Positions 1-7,672 of a stretch of DNA of 52,399 nt are shown one piece after another. A program made the position numbers and the translations under genes. The notes below the pieces were generated by a model. It did not search any database. It was not told the origin of the DNA and saw only the letters and a program-made list of their open reading frames with translations. Origin of the DNA: Candidatus Saccharimonadia bacterium (GTDB lineage: Bacteria; Patescibacteriota; Saccharimonadia; UBA4664); assembly GCA_036518915.1 (NCBI GenBank), contig DATDME010000098.1, forward strand, positions 1 to 52,399, in the 5' to 3' direction. Position 1 is the first letter of the stretch, and each line of letters opens with the position of its first letter.

Positions 1-141
1 GCCCTCACCGTGCTCGTGAGTTCAGGATCGATCACTCCTCGTTCGCTGTATCACCGGATACAGCTTACTCGGTCCGACCGATCCTGAATCACCCGAATCA
101 TCGGTGCGAAAAGACACGTTTTGTTTTGGGATGGCTATAGC
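1..141. repeat. Palindromic intergenic element, copy A (long variant; left end cut by window edge)
   Basis: 1-25 equals the reverse complement of 19865-19889. 96-127 matches the reverse complement of 19829-19864. About 70 bp extra (26-95) forms nested hairpins (21-30 ttcaggatcg with 80-89 cgatcctgaa; 47-64 ctgtatcaccggatacag). Ends in TTTTGTTTTG-N5-GCTATAGC (118-141). Confidence 0.6.
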
Positions 142-191
142 AAGATTCTTGCACTTTTGCTTGGCTGGGCGATCGGAAGTTGGCTGCAATA

Positions 192-200
192 TGATATAAT
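192..200 (+). promoter_or_regulatory. Candidate extended -10 box (TGATATAAT) upstream of pnp leader
   Basis: Exact TGnTATAAT. No good -35 at 17-bp spacing. The same 9-mer recurs at 2936-2944. Confidence 0.35.
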
Positions 201-463
201 CGCCTCTGTACAGCCAGGATTTACGAGTAAATTTTGGGGCCGGTTTGAGTGGGGTACGTGTTAGAGCTTTGGGATTAACAGCGGTTAATCTCTTGTCCCT
301 GGCACTTACTCGCTGGCTCCTCAAGGTACGGACGCATGTACCAAGATGCGTTGCAAGGAACGGACGAAGCCCGCAAGGGAGGCGTACTGAGCGTACGCTG
401 ACCGCGGATTGAAGTCTGCGACGCCGCAAGGCGCTTGGGACAAGTGGCCGTTGAAAGGACGAG
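201..463 (+). promoter_or_regulatory. Long, probably structured 5' leader of pnp
   Basis: About 260 nt with no credible ORF. Two GNRA-capped hairpins (370-379 cccGCAAggg; 422-433 cgccGCAAggcg) plus ggtac..gtacc and gcgtac..gtacgc stems. SD aaagga sits just before the ATG at 464. Confidence 0.35.
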
Positions 464-2593
464 ATGGGAGAAATTATCCACCCGTTTGGCGGCAAGACTC
501 AGCAGTTTAAAACTGAGTTTTGCGGCCGTGAGTTAGTAATTGAAACCGGCAAGATGGCATTCTTGGCGGATGGTGCGGTGACCGTGCGTTACGGCGACAC
601 CGTGGTGCTGGGTACGGCGACGGTGAGCAACCAGCCGCGTGACGGCATTGACTTTTTCCCGCTGCTGATTGATTACGAAGAGCGCTTTTATGCCTCGGGT
701 AAGATCTCGGGTTCGCGGTTTATTAAGCGCGAGGGTCGGGCGAGTGAGCATGCTACCTTGAGCGCCCGGTTGATTGACCGGCCGATCCGGCCGCTGTTCC
801 CCAAGGGCTACCGGCACGACGTGCAAGGTGTGGCGATGGTGGTGTCGGCCGACCTGGAATATGCGGCTAACATTGTGGCCATGACGGCTGTATCGACGGC
901 GCTGATGCTGAGTGGTGCGCCGTTTGAAGGCCCGGTGGCGGGCGTGAAAATTGGTCGGGTTGATGGCGAGTTGGTGGCCTACCCGAGCGAAGAGCAAATG
1001 GCGGTCAGTGACCTCGAACTAACCGTGGCCGGTACCAAAGACGCCATCATGATGGTGGAAGCCGGCGCGAACGAAGTCGATGAGGCCACCATGATTGCCG
1101 CCATTGAGTTGGCGCATAAATCCATTCAGCCGCTGATTGATCTGCAACTGGAGATCGTGAAGGCTTTGGGCGCCAAGGAAAAGCCGTACGAGCTCATGCT
1201 GCCCAATGAAGACCTCAAGAAAGACATTGAGAAGTTTTTGCAGGGTAAGCTCGGTCCGGCAGTGCGCCATCAGGACCACTATCAGCGCCACAACTCCATT
1301 AAAACCTTGCTTGAAGAAGTGCTGGTGGAGTTCCCGGAGACCGAGGAGCGCAAAAAAGCCGATGTGGAGGTGGCGTTCACCAAGGTGATCGACATGGAGA
1401 TCCGCCGGGCGATCATTGAAGACGGCGCCCGTCCGGACGGCCGTAAGATGGATGAAATCCGGCCGCTGAGCGCCCAGGTGGGCGTATTGCCGCGGGCGCA
1501 CGGCTCGGCGGTCTTTACCCGCGGTACCACCCAGGTATTGAATGTGACGACGCTGGCGTCTACGACCTACGCCCAGCTCATCGACACGATGGAACTCGAC
1601 ACCACCAAGCGCTACATGCACCACTACAACGCGCCGGGTTATTCCTCGGGCGAGGTGCGGCCGATGCGGTCGCCGGGCCGTCGCGAGATTGGTCACGGGG
1701 CATTGGCGGAGCGGGCCTTGCTGCCGGTGATTCCGGCAGTGGAGGACTTCCCGTACACCATTCGGACCGTGAGTGAGGTGCTGTCGCAGAACGGTTCGAG
1801 CTCAATGGCGTCGGTGTGTGGTTCGACATTGTCGCTGATGGACGCCGGTGTGCCGATTCGCAAGCCGGTGGCCGGTATTGCCATGGGCCTCATCACCAAG
1901 GGTGACGGCGGTTACGTGATCTTGAGCGACATTCAGGGCGCTGAGGACTTTGCCGGCGACATGGACTTTAAGGTGGCCGGCACGCCAGACGGCATTACGG
2001 CGCTGCAGATGGACATTAAGGTGAAGGGCATTACGCCCGCCATCATGAAAGACGCGTTGGCTCAGGCTCATGAAGGCCGAAAGGTCATCATGAAGGCCAT
2101 CACCGACGAGTTGGCCGCGCCGCGAGAGGAGCTGAGCAAGTACGCCCCGCGTATCGATAAGATCATGATCAACCCCGAGAAGATCGCTTTGGTGATCGGT
2201 AAGGGCGGCGAGACGATCAACAAGATTATTGCCGAAACAGGCGTGGAAATTGACATTGAAGACTCTGGGCTGGTGATGATTGCCTCCACGAACCCCGAGG
2301 GTTCGAAGCGGGCAATTGAGATCATTCGCGGGATTACCGAGGACCCGGAGATTGGCCACGTGTACGATGGAACGGTGGTGCGCTTGATGGAGTTTGGTGC
2401 CTTTGTAAACATCCTGCCAGGCAAAGACGGCCTGGTGCACATCAGCCAGATGGCCGACAAGCGCGTCGAGAAGGTGACTGACGTCGTGAAGATGGGCGAC
2501 AAGGTGAAGGTGAAGCTGGTCGACATTGACTCGCAAGGCCGGCTGAATCTGAGCATGAAGGCCGCGGCTGACAAGGGTGAAAAGCGTGACTAG
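464..2593 (+). CDS. pnp: Polyribonucleotide nucleotidyltransferase (PNPase)
   Basis: 709 aa. Two RNase PH-like halves, GDMDFKVAGT motif, C-terminal KH and S1 (GTVVRLMEFGAFVNILPGKDGLVHISQ) domains. SD present. Confidence 0.97.
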   Translation: MGEIIHPFGGKTQQFKTEFCGRELVIETGKMAFLADGAVTVRYGDTVVLGTATVSNQPRDGIDFFPLLIDYEERFYASGKISGSRFIKREGRASEHATLSARLIDRPIRPLFPKGYRHDVQGVAMVVSADLEYAANIVAMTAVSTALMLSGAPFEGPVAGVKIGRVDGELVAYPSEEQMAVSDLELTVAGTKDAIMMVEAGANEVDEATMIAAIELAHKSIQPLIDLQLEIVKALGAKEKPYELMLPNEDLKKDIEKFLQGKLGPAVRHQDHYQRHNSIKTLLEEVLVEFPETEERKKADVEVAFTKVIDMEIRRAIIEDGARPDGRKMDEIRPLSAQVGVLPRAHGSAVFTRGTTQVLNVTTLASTTYAQLIDTMELDTTKRYMHHYNAPGYSSGEVRPMRSPGRREIGHGALAERALLPVIPAVEDFPYTIRTVSEVLSQNGSSSMASVCGSTLSLMDAGVPIRKPVAGIAMGLITKGDGGYVILSDIQGAEDFAGDMDFKVAGTPDGITALQMDIKVKGITPAIMKDALAQAHEGRKVIMKAITDELAAPREELSKYAPRIDKIMINPEKIALVIGKGGETINKIIAETGVEIDIEDSGLVMIASTNPEGSKRAIEIIRGITEDPEIGHVYDGTVVRLMEFGAFVNILPGKDGLVHISQMADKRVEKVTDVVKMGDKVKVKLVDIDSQGRLNLSMKAAADKGEKRD

Positions 2594-2603
2594 TACGAAT
2601 CTC

Positions 2604-2900
2604 ATGCGCACGCAATGGGCCGTGATAGGTTTAGCCGTTATCACCATTATTGGTGAGCGAACGTTCCTGCGTAATCTTCCGCCGTTTGTGGGTGCGGTGG
2701 TATGGGCAACAGCCACCATTGTTGTATTGTTTGGTGGCATCTGGCTAATCGTAATGGGCCGTGGAAGAGCTGCTGAAGCGGGCGGCCGGGTGCGAGTTGG
2801 AGCTGGCCAATTCGCTATCCGGCTTGGTGTGGCTGTCGCTATTACCCTGGCGCTGTTGTTATTGGTCGTGTTGGCAATGTCCGGTAACATATCGCTTTAA
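2604..2900 (+). CDS. Small integral membrane protein (about 3 TM), unknown function
   Basis: Hydrophobic segments (WAVIGLAVITIIG, VGAVVWATATIVVLFGGIWLIVMG, LGVAVAITLALLLLVVLAM). The ORF track starts at GTG 2577, overlapping pnp. ATG 2604 is chosen here and the start is uncertain. Confidence 0.5.
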   Translation: MRTQWAVIGLAVITIIGERTFLRNLPPFVGAVVWATATIVVLFGGIWLIVMGRGRAAEAGGRVRVGAGQFAIRLGVAVAITLALLLLVVLAMSGNISL

Positions 2901-2935
2901 CCTCCTGACTGCAGTTGGCTTTTCAGATAGAGTTG

Positions 2936-2944
2936 TGATATAAT
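2936..2944 (+). promoter_or_regulatory. Candidate promoter (TTGGCT-N18-TATAAT with TG extension)
   Basis: TGATATAAT at 2936-2944 with ttggct at 2915-2920. A second TATAAT lies at 2994-2999. What it drives (a roughly 200-nt udg leader or a small RNA) is unknown. Confidence 0.35.
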
Positions 2945-3154
2945 CAGACCACATCGCGCCCAGGATAGTCTGTTAGCGTTTGAACGACTCGAATATAATA
3001 TGGAGGTAATAGTGCTAACATGGAGTATTTGGATGTCGATTCTATCGGGTGAGGGTGGCGCTAATTAACCTGCTTTGGTGCTCAGGCGTCTCATGAACAT
3101 GAGGCGCCCAAGGGCCGCGGCAAAAGAAGAATTCCGCCTCCCGTTTGAGGGTAT

Positions 3155-3733
3155 ATGACTGATACTGCGACCGAGAACGCAGCCAAGCTAGCCGAGATTG
3201 CTGAGTCGATTCAGACTGACAATGTTTGCCCGCATCTGCGGGCGACGGCGACGCAGCTGGTATTTGGTGTTGGCAGTCCAACGGCCGAAATTATGTTTGT
3301 CGGTGAGGCGCCGGGCAAAAATGAAGACTTGCAGGGCGAGCCCTTTGTGGGGGCGGCCGGTAAGTTTTTGAATGAGATGCTGGCGAGCATTGGTCTTGAA
3401 CGTAAGGACATTTACATTAGTAACATCGTGAAGTACCGGCCGCCGGATAACCGCGACCCTACGCCGGAGGAAATTGAGGCATTCAAGCCGTACTTGCTCA
3501 GGCAGATTGCTGTTATTAAGCCTAAACTGGTGGTATTTCTGGGCCGGCATTCCATGAACGTATTCTTGCCCGAACTGAAAATTAGCCAGGCGCATGGTCA
3601 ACCGGTACGCAAGAACGGCCAGGTATATTTGCCATTGTTTCATCCGGCGGCGGCATTGTATAACGGCGGGATGCGCGAAACACTGATGGCGGATTTTGCG
3701 CTCATTCCGGCCATTTTGAAAAAAATTAGTTAG
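3155..3733 (+). CDS. Uracil-DNA glycosylase, family 4
   Basis: 192 aa. GEAPGKNED motif A, FVGAAGKFL, C-terminal HPAAALY motif B. SD gagggt. Confidence 0.9.
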   Translation: MTDTATENAAKLAEIAESIQTDNVCPHLRATATQLVFGVGSPTAEIMFVGEAPGKNEDLQGEPFVGAAGKFLNEMLASIGLERKDIYISNIVKYRPPDNRDPTPEEIEAFKPYLLRQIAVIKPKLVVFLGRHSMNVFLPELKISQAHGQPVRKNGQVYLPLFHPAAALYNGGMRETLMADFALIPAILKKIS

Positions 3734-3862
3734 TAGCGATTTAGGACTCAGGTATCTGCGGGGGTGGTAGATATTTGGGTCGTAAACCCAGGCGATAGAA
3801 GGTCACAGTGGTGGCCGCGCCAAACTCTTACAGATCAATCTGAATAACGAAAGGAGATCCAT

Positions 3863-6229
3863 TTGGATCCGAATGAAAACTTACAACCCCAACCGCAGCC
3901 AAGACGGCCGCGGCCACAAGCGCCTAAGCCGAGCGTAAATCCGGCCGGCGCCGGTAACAATTTGAGCAATAATTTGGCCGGCAACGAGCCCCGTATTCAA
4001 ATGCCGCCCAAAAATACCCCGCCGAAAGCGCCGAGCGCGCCCGGTTTGCCGGCTGAGCGGCCGGCGGGCCGGCCGATGGCCGCGCAGCGGCCGGTCGGTG
4101 CTCAGGGCGGGGCGACGGTGCAGCGGCCAGTGCCGTCCGATCGGCGGCCGGTGCAAACGCCGCGTCCGGCCCAGCCGGCGCGGGTGATTGGGGCGGCTAG
4201 TATGGGCCGTCCGCAGCCGCCGGCGGGTGCGATGGCGCCGAAGAGCGTGCAGCAAGCCGCTAAAGCTCAACAGCAGCGCCCGCTTAAGAGCGGTGCGACA
4301 ATGCAGGGCGCCGCGCAAGGCCAGCAAGGTCCTGCGCGTAGCCAAAACGGCCAGCAGCCTTCTGAGCGCACCGTGAGCGGTGCGATGAGCCGTGAGCGCC
4401 GCCGTCTTGTACAGCAGCAGCCGTCACACACCGATTTGGTGCCGTCACTGGACACCATGCCGGTCAACAAGAGCGAATTTAACGGTTTTGCTGGCGCCCA
4501 GCAGTCTAAGAAGGGCCCAGCCGGCCAGCAGCGCCGGGTGAACTACACCGAGCGTGTACCTACTGTGCGGGTCATGCCGCTGGGCGGTCTCGGCGAAATT
4601 GGTAAGAACATGATGGCGGTGGAATGCGGTCAGGATATCGTCATCCTCGATATGGGCTTTGCCTTTCCAGACAAAAACCAGCCGGGTGTCGACTACATCA
4701 TCCCCGACACCACCTACCTTGAGAAAAACAAGCACAAGGTGCGGGCAATTATCATCACCCACGGTCACATGGACCACATTGGGGCGGCCGGGTACATTAT
4801 CCCGAAGTTCCCGGTGCCAATTTACGGTTCGCGGTTGTCGCTGGGTATGGTAGCTAAGCAAATTGAAGAGTTTAAGATTCAAACCCCGAAATTTGTGGTG
4901 CTTGACCCCGATAAGGGCGAGCGAGTGCAACTTGGCCAATCATTCAACCTGGAGCTGGTGCGGGTGAATCACACCATTTCCGATTCGACCGCGGCCGTAT
5001 TGCGGACGCCCGCGGGTATCTTGATTGACACCGGTGACTGGCGCCTGGACCCCACGCCGCTCAACGGCCAGGTGACCAATATGGACCGTTTTCGCCAGTT
5101 GGGCGACGAGGGCGTGTTGTTGCTCATGAGTGATTCAACTTCTTGTGACCAGGCTGGGCGCGGTGGCACTGAACAAAGTATTGTTCCAGTGATCGACGAC
5201 CTGTTTGGACGTGCCAACGGCCGCATCATTATTTCGGCTTTCTCAAGCTCAATTACGCGTATGCAGTTAATTGTGGATGCCACACATAAGGCCGGCCGCA
5301 AGCTGGCGCTGGTGGGACGGTCAGTGCTCTCGAACATCGAGCTGTGCGTGCGCATGGGCTATATTAAGATCCCGGCTGGTTTGGTGGTGAAAGTGCAAGA
5401 CATAACCAGTTTGCCCGATAGTCAGGTGGTGGTGTTGTGCACTGGCTCGCAGGGTGAGGAGAATTCAGCGCTGGTGCGCATGAGTACTGGTGACCATCAG
5501 AACATTAAGATTAAGCCGGGTGACACGATTATTCTGTCGTCAAGTGTGATTCCGGGCAATGAGGTGTCGGTGGTGACGCTGATTGACAACCTGATGCGCG
5601 AAGGTGCCGTGGTGTACGCTCGGTCGACGGCGGCGCTCAAGGGCCACGGGCCGGTGCACGTGGGCGGCCATGCTTACCAGGAAGACACGGCGGACATGGT
5701 TCAAGCCGTGCGCCCGAAGTATTACATGCCGATCCACGGCGAGTTTCACCACTTGGTGTACAACGCCGAAATTGCTGTACAGAATGGTGTGCCAAAGGAA
5801 AACATTTTCGTGATGGATAACGGTGACTGCCTGGAGCTGACGGCCAATAGCGCGCAGAAAGTGGCGCGTATCCCCGCCGGTGTAGTGATGATTGACGGCG
5901 CCGGAGTAGGGGACGTTGAGGGCGTAGTGCTGCGCGACCGTATCGCCATGGCTAACGATGGTGTGTTCATGATCGTGGCCACCGTTTCGCGCAAGACCGG
6001 CAAGCTCATCTCCAGCCCCGATATTATCTCCCGCGGCTTCATTTACATGAAGGAGAACGAAGACCTGATCAACCGGGCGCGGGCGGAGGTGCGGCGGCTG
6101 TTTGAGAAGCGCGCGCCGCAGGAAGACTGGACGAAGTTCAAGTTGAAACTGCGTGACGAAATTGGCGACATTTTGTATGCAAAGACCAAGCGGAACCCCA
6201 TGGTGCTGCCGGTGGTGAACGAGGTTTAG
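3863..6229 (+). CDS. rnj: Ribonuclease J with a roughly 235-aa Pro/Gln/Ala-rich N-terminal extension
   Basis: 788 aa. Metallo-beta-lactamase HGHMDHIG motif and a beta-CASP-like region. The catalytic core begins near VRVMPLGGLGEIGKNMM. TTG start is preceded by SD aaaggaga. Confidence 0.9.
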   Translation: MDPNENLQPQPQPRRPRPQAPKPSVNPAGAGNNLSNNLAGNEPRIQMPPKNTPPKAPSAPGLPAERPAGRPMAAQRPVGAQGGATVQRPVPSDRRPVQTPRPAQPARVIGAASMGRPQPPAGAMAPKSVQQAAKAQQQRPLKSGATMQGAAQGQQGPARSQNGQQPSERTVSGAMSRERRRLVQQQPSHTDLVPSLDTMPVNKSEFNGFAGAQQSKKGPAGQQRRVNYTERVPTVRVMPLGGLGEIGKNMMAVECGQDIVILDMGFAFPDKNQPGVDYIIPDTTYLEKNKHKVRAIIITHGHMDHIGAAGYIIPKFPVPIYGSRLSLGMVAKQIEEFKIQTPKFVVLDPDKGERVQLGQSFNLELVRVNHTISDSTAAVLRTPAGILIDTGDWRLDPTPLNGQVTNMDRFRQLGDEGVLLLMSDSTSCDQAGRGGTEQSIVPVIDDLFGRANGRIIISAFSSSITRMQLIVDATHKAGRKLALVGRSVLSNIELCVRMGYIKIPAGLVVKVQDITSLPDSQVVVLCTGSQGEENSALVRMSTGDHQNIKIKPGDTIILSSSVIPGNEVSVVTLIDNLMREGAVVYARSTAALKGHGPVHVGGHAYQEDTADMVQAVRPKYYMPIHGEFHHLVYNAEIAVQNGVPKENIFVMDNGDCLELTANSAQKVARIPAGVVMIDGAGVGDVEGVVLRDRIAMANDGVFMIVATVSRKTGKLISSPDIISRGFIYMKENEDLINRARAEVRRLFEKRAPQEDWTKFKLKLRDEIGDILYAKTKRNPMVLPVVNEV

Positions 6230-6424
6230 CCGATTTCGTGATTGAGCTAATGCCTACATAAAGGGCAGTATGCGAGAATAAGAACAACAAATGTGTTCAA
6301 GCAAAAGCATCTTGGTCTGAATGGGCTGGGCGCTTTTGCAGTTGTATAATGATCGCGAAAGGACATGATTATGCGGGATGTTAAAACGAGCGAGTAATGG
6401 GCGGGTGATGAATATTGGCCGCAA

Positions 6425-6765
6425 TTGAGTTTCGTAAATGTTAGTGGCGATGGGGCGGCGCAGGCTTTTCCGGAAGGGGCGAGCCAAGCTGATGGTGAGG
6501 CAATTGTGCAGACCTGGCAAAAGGCGGCCGTGCTTCGCGTGACCCCGGACATTCCAGTGTATTGGGGATTCATGGCTGGCGAAGCACAGGCCCAATTTTT
6601 GAACCAGCCAGCGCAAACGCAGGGTGGGCAGTTTGCGGTGCGGGGGGCCGTGATGACGTGAAGTTCTTCGTAATCGCGGCTGATTTGAAATCGCGGCCAA
6701 CGTTAGAGCTTGTAGAGGTGGTCGACTTGAATGAACCTAAATACCAGGATTTGCCGTTGTATTAA
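6425..6765 (+). pseudogene. Hypothetical small ORF whose frame breaks at a G6 run (6642-6647)
   Basis: Frame 1 (6425-6661) reads ..VTPDIPVYWGFMAGEAQAQFLNQPAQTQGGQFAVRG then stops. The adjacent frame continues DDVKFFVIAADLKSRPTLELVEVVDLNEPKYQDLPLY* to 6765. One extra G would fuse them (about 113 aa). No SD is visible and the start is uncertain. Confidence 0.3.
6599..6764 (+). repeat. 166-bp direct repeat, left copy
   Basis: Matches 7441-7606 (offset 842 bp). The first 133 nt are identical and the 3 mismatches all fall in the last 33 nt. Confidence 0.95.
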
Positions 6766-6826
6766 CTGGGTCGGGCGCTTTTTTGCGAGACTGTCTTATA
6801 ACCCATGAAGCAAGGATTACGTGTAA

Positions 6827-6856
6827 TTGTAATTGCTTGAGGGTATCCAATATACT
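6827..6856 (+). promoter_or_regulatory. Candidate sigma70-like promoter (TTGTAA-N18-TATACT) for the 35-aa peptide gene
   Basis: ttgtaa at 6827-6832 and tatact at 6851-6856, followed by SD aagagga (6875-6881) and ATG 6892. Confidence 0.4.
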
Positions 6857-6891
6857 GATACCTGGTAATTACGTAAGAGGATTAACTTCGC

Positions 6892-6999
6892 ATGGGTGTA
6901 ATAGAAACTTTTTACTTTGTTGTTGGTACTGCAGTATTTCTGGGAATCGTATTTGTTGCATATAAGCAGTATAAGAGGGGCAAAGCCAAAGCAGAGTAA
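6892..6999 (+). CDS. 35-aa single-TM peptide with basic C-terminal tail
   Basis: MGVIETFYFVVGTAVFLGIVFVAYKQYKRGKAKAE. Has its own promoter-like boxes, an SD 10 nt upstream and a perfect hairpin downstream. AT-rich codon usage unlike its neighbours. Below the 60-aa cutoff of the ORF track. Confidence 0.55.
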   Translation: MGVIETFYFVVGTAVFLGIVFVAYKQYKRGKAKAE

Positions 7000-7023
7000 A
7001 TAGATGATGCGACATAACGTAGT

Positions 7024-7053
7024 CGCCCTCCTTTGAATATTCAAAGGAGGGCG
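7024..7053. terminator. Perfect 30-nt palindrome between convergent cassette genes (bidirectional terminator-like)
   Basis: cgccctcctttgaatattcaaaggagggcg, followed by tttg on the + strand. It lies between the stop at 6999 (+) and the stop at 7088 (-). Confidence 0.6.
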
Positions 7054-7087
7054 TTTGCGACGTATCATTGGACATTGAAGCTGGTTG

Positions 7088-7436
7088 TTACTTCTGGCAT
7101 CTCCAGCCGAATGCGTTCCAGTACTTGATGATCGCTCGGCTTCCAGGGTGCGCGATACTGCAGTACTTCTGCATATCGATTCCCCCAAGGGTATTGATGG
7201 TCACGCCCAGAGGAATCGAGACGGTGTTGACATTGCAAAACCAGGAGCCTGGGTCAGTGAAGCTTGTGAAATCAGACCAGGCTTTGGGGTTGTTCCACGT
7301 GTAACGACAAGCCTGATTGGTGTCAATACCCCCATTCTGTTGAGGCGGATGCTGTCAGTGCCGGACCTTCGATAGTGATTCCCATCGCGAGACTCAAGGC
7401 TGCGACAGGTATCGCCGCGGTTCGAAGTTTCTTCAC
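7088..7436 (-). pseudogene. Putative secreted 4-Cys small protein, frame broken at a G5 run (C5 on + strand, 7329-7333)
   Basis: GTG 7436 gives VKKLRTAAIPVAALSLAMGITIEGPALTASASTEWGY*, which is signal-peptide-like with ASA. The next frame continues IDTNQACRYTWNNPKAWSDFTSFTDPGSWFCNVNTVSIPLGVTINTLGGIDMQKYCSIAHPGSRAIIKYWNAFGWRCQK* to TAA 7090-7088. The span is 349 nt, so removing one G gives a 115-aa ORF. Confidence 0.45.
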
Positions 7437-7440
7437 TCGA

Positions 7441-7606
7441 TTGAACCAGCCAGCGCAAACGCAGGGTGGGCAGTTTGCGGTGCGGGGGGCCGTGATGACG
7501 TGAAGTTCTTCGTAATCGCGGCTGATTTGAAATCGCGGCCAACGTTAGAGCTTGTAGAGGTGGTCGACTTGAATGCACCTAAATACCAGGGTTTGTCGTT
7601 GTATTA
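7441..7606 (+). repeat. 166-bp direct repeat, right copy
   Basis: See 6599-6764. Includes the same G6 run (7484-7489). Confidence 0.95.
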
Positions 7607-7640
7607 GTTTTGCGTGGTTTAAGCGGGTTAATAAGTAAAA

Positions 7641-7663
7641 CGCCCAGGCTGGCTGCCTGGGCG
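7641..7663 (-). terminator. Intrinsic terminator of the MFS gene
   Basis: cgcccagg-ctggctg-cctgggcg hairpin, followed on the minus strand by TTTT. Confidence 0.7.
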
Positions 7664-7672
7664 TAATGGTTT

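Noticed and set aside
22-495. 157-aa minus-strand ORF covering the pnp upstream region.
   Set aside because: It spans the palindromic element and the structured leader, its translation is Arg/Ser/Pro-rich, and it overlaps the pnp start. It is most likely non-coding.
1802-2890. Long antisense or overlapping ORFs in the six-frame track. Examples: 1802-2890(-), 1019-1696(-), 11178-12065(-), 12388-13017(-), 31554-32126(-), 38722-39363(-), 40247-40861(-), 43588-44544(-), 36984-37331(-), 37584-38072(-).
   Set aside because: They lie opposite strongly supported genes and have Arg/Pro/His-rich, low-complexity translations typical of shadow frames in GC-rich DNA. They also lack SD sequences.
6440-6520. 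SRP-RNA-like string (caggcttttccGGAAggggcgagccaagctgatgg, compared with E. coli 4.5S caggucagguccGGAAggaagcagccaaggcagaug).
   Set aside because: The conserved 3'-side GGAAGCAG loop nucleotides are not preserved, and the flanks do not fold into an extended helix 8/5. The segment reads better as coding sequence. Only a covariance-model scan could settle it.
6676-6700. Resemblance of cgcggctgatttgaaatcgcgg (inside the 166-bp repeat) to the tmRNA 5' end (GGGGCUGAUUCUGGAUUCGACGG). This could have made the repeats an ssrA-type att duplication.
   Set aside because: No T-arm or CCA-like 3' end, no tag reading frame ending in Ala-Ala-stop, and no pseudoknot-sized body on either strand. The repeat boundaries do not coincide with a plausible RNA end.
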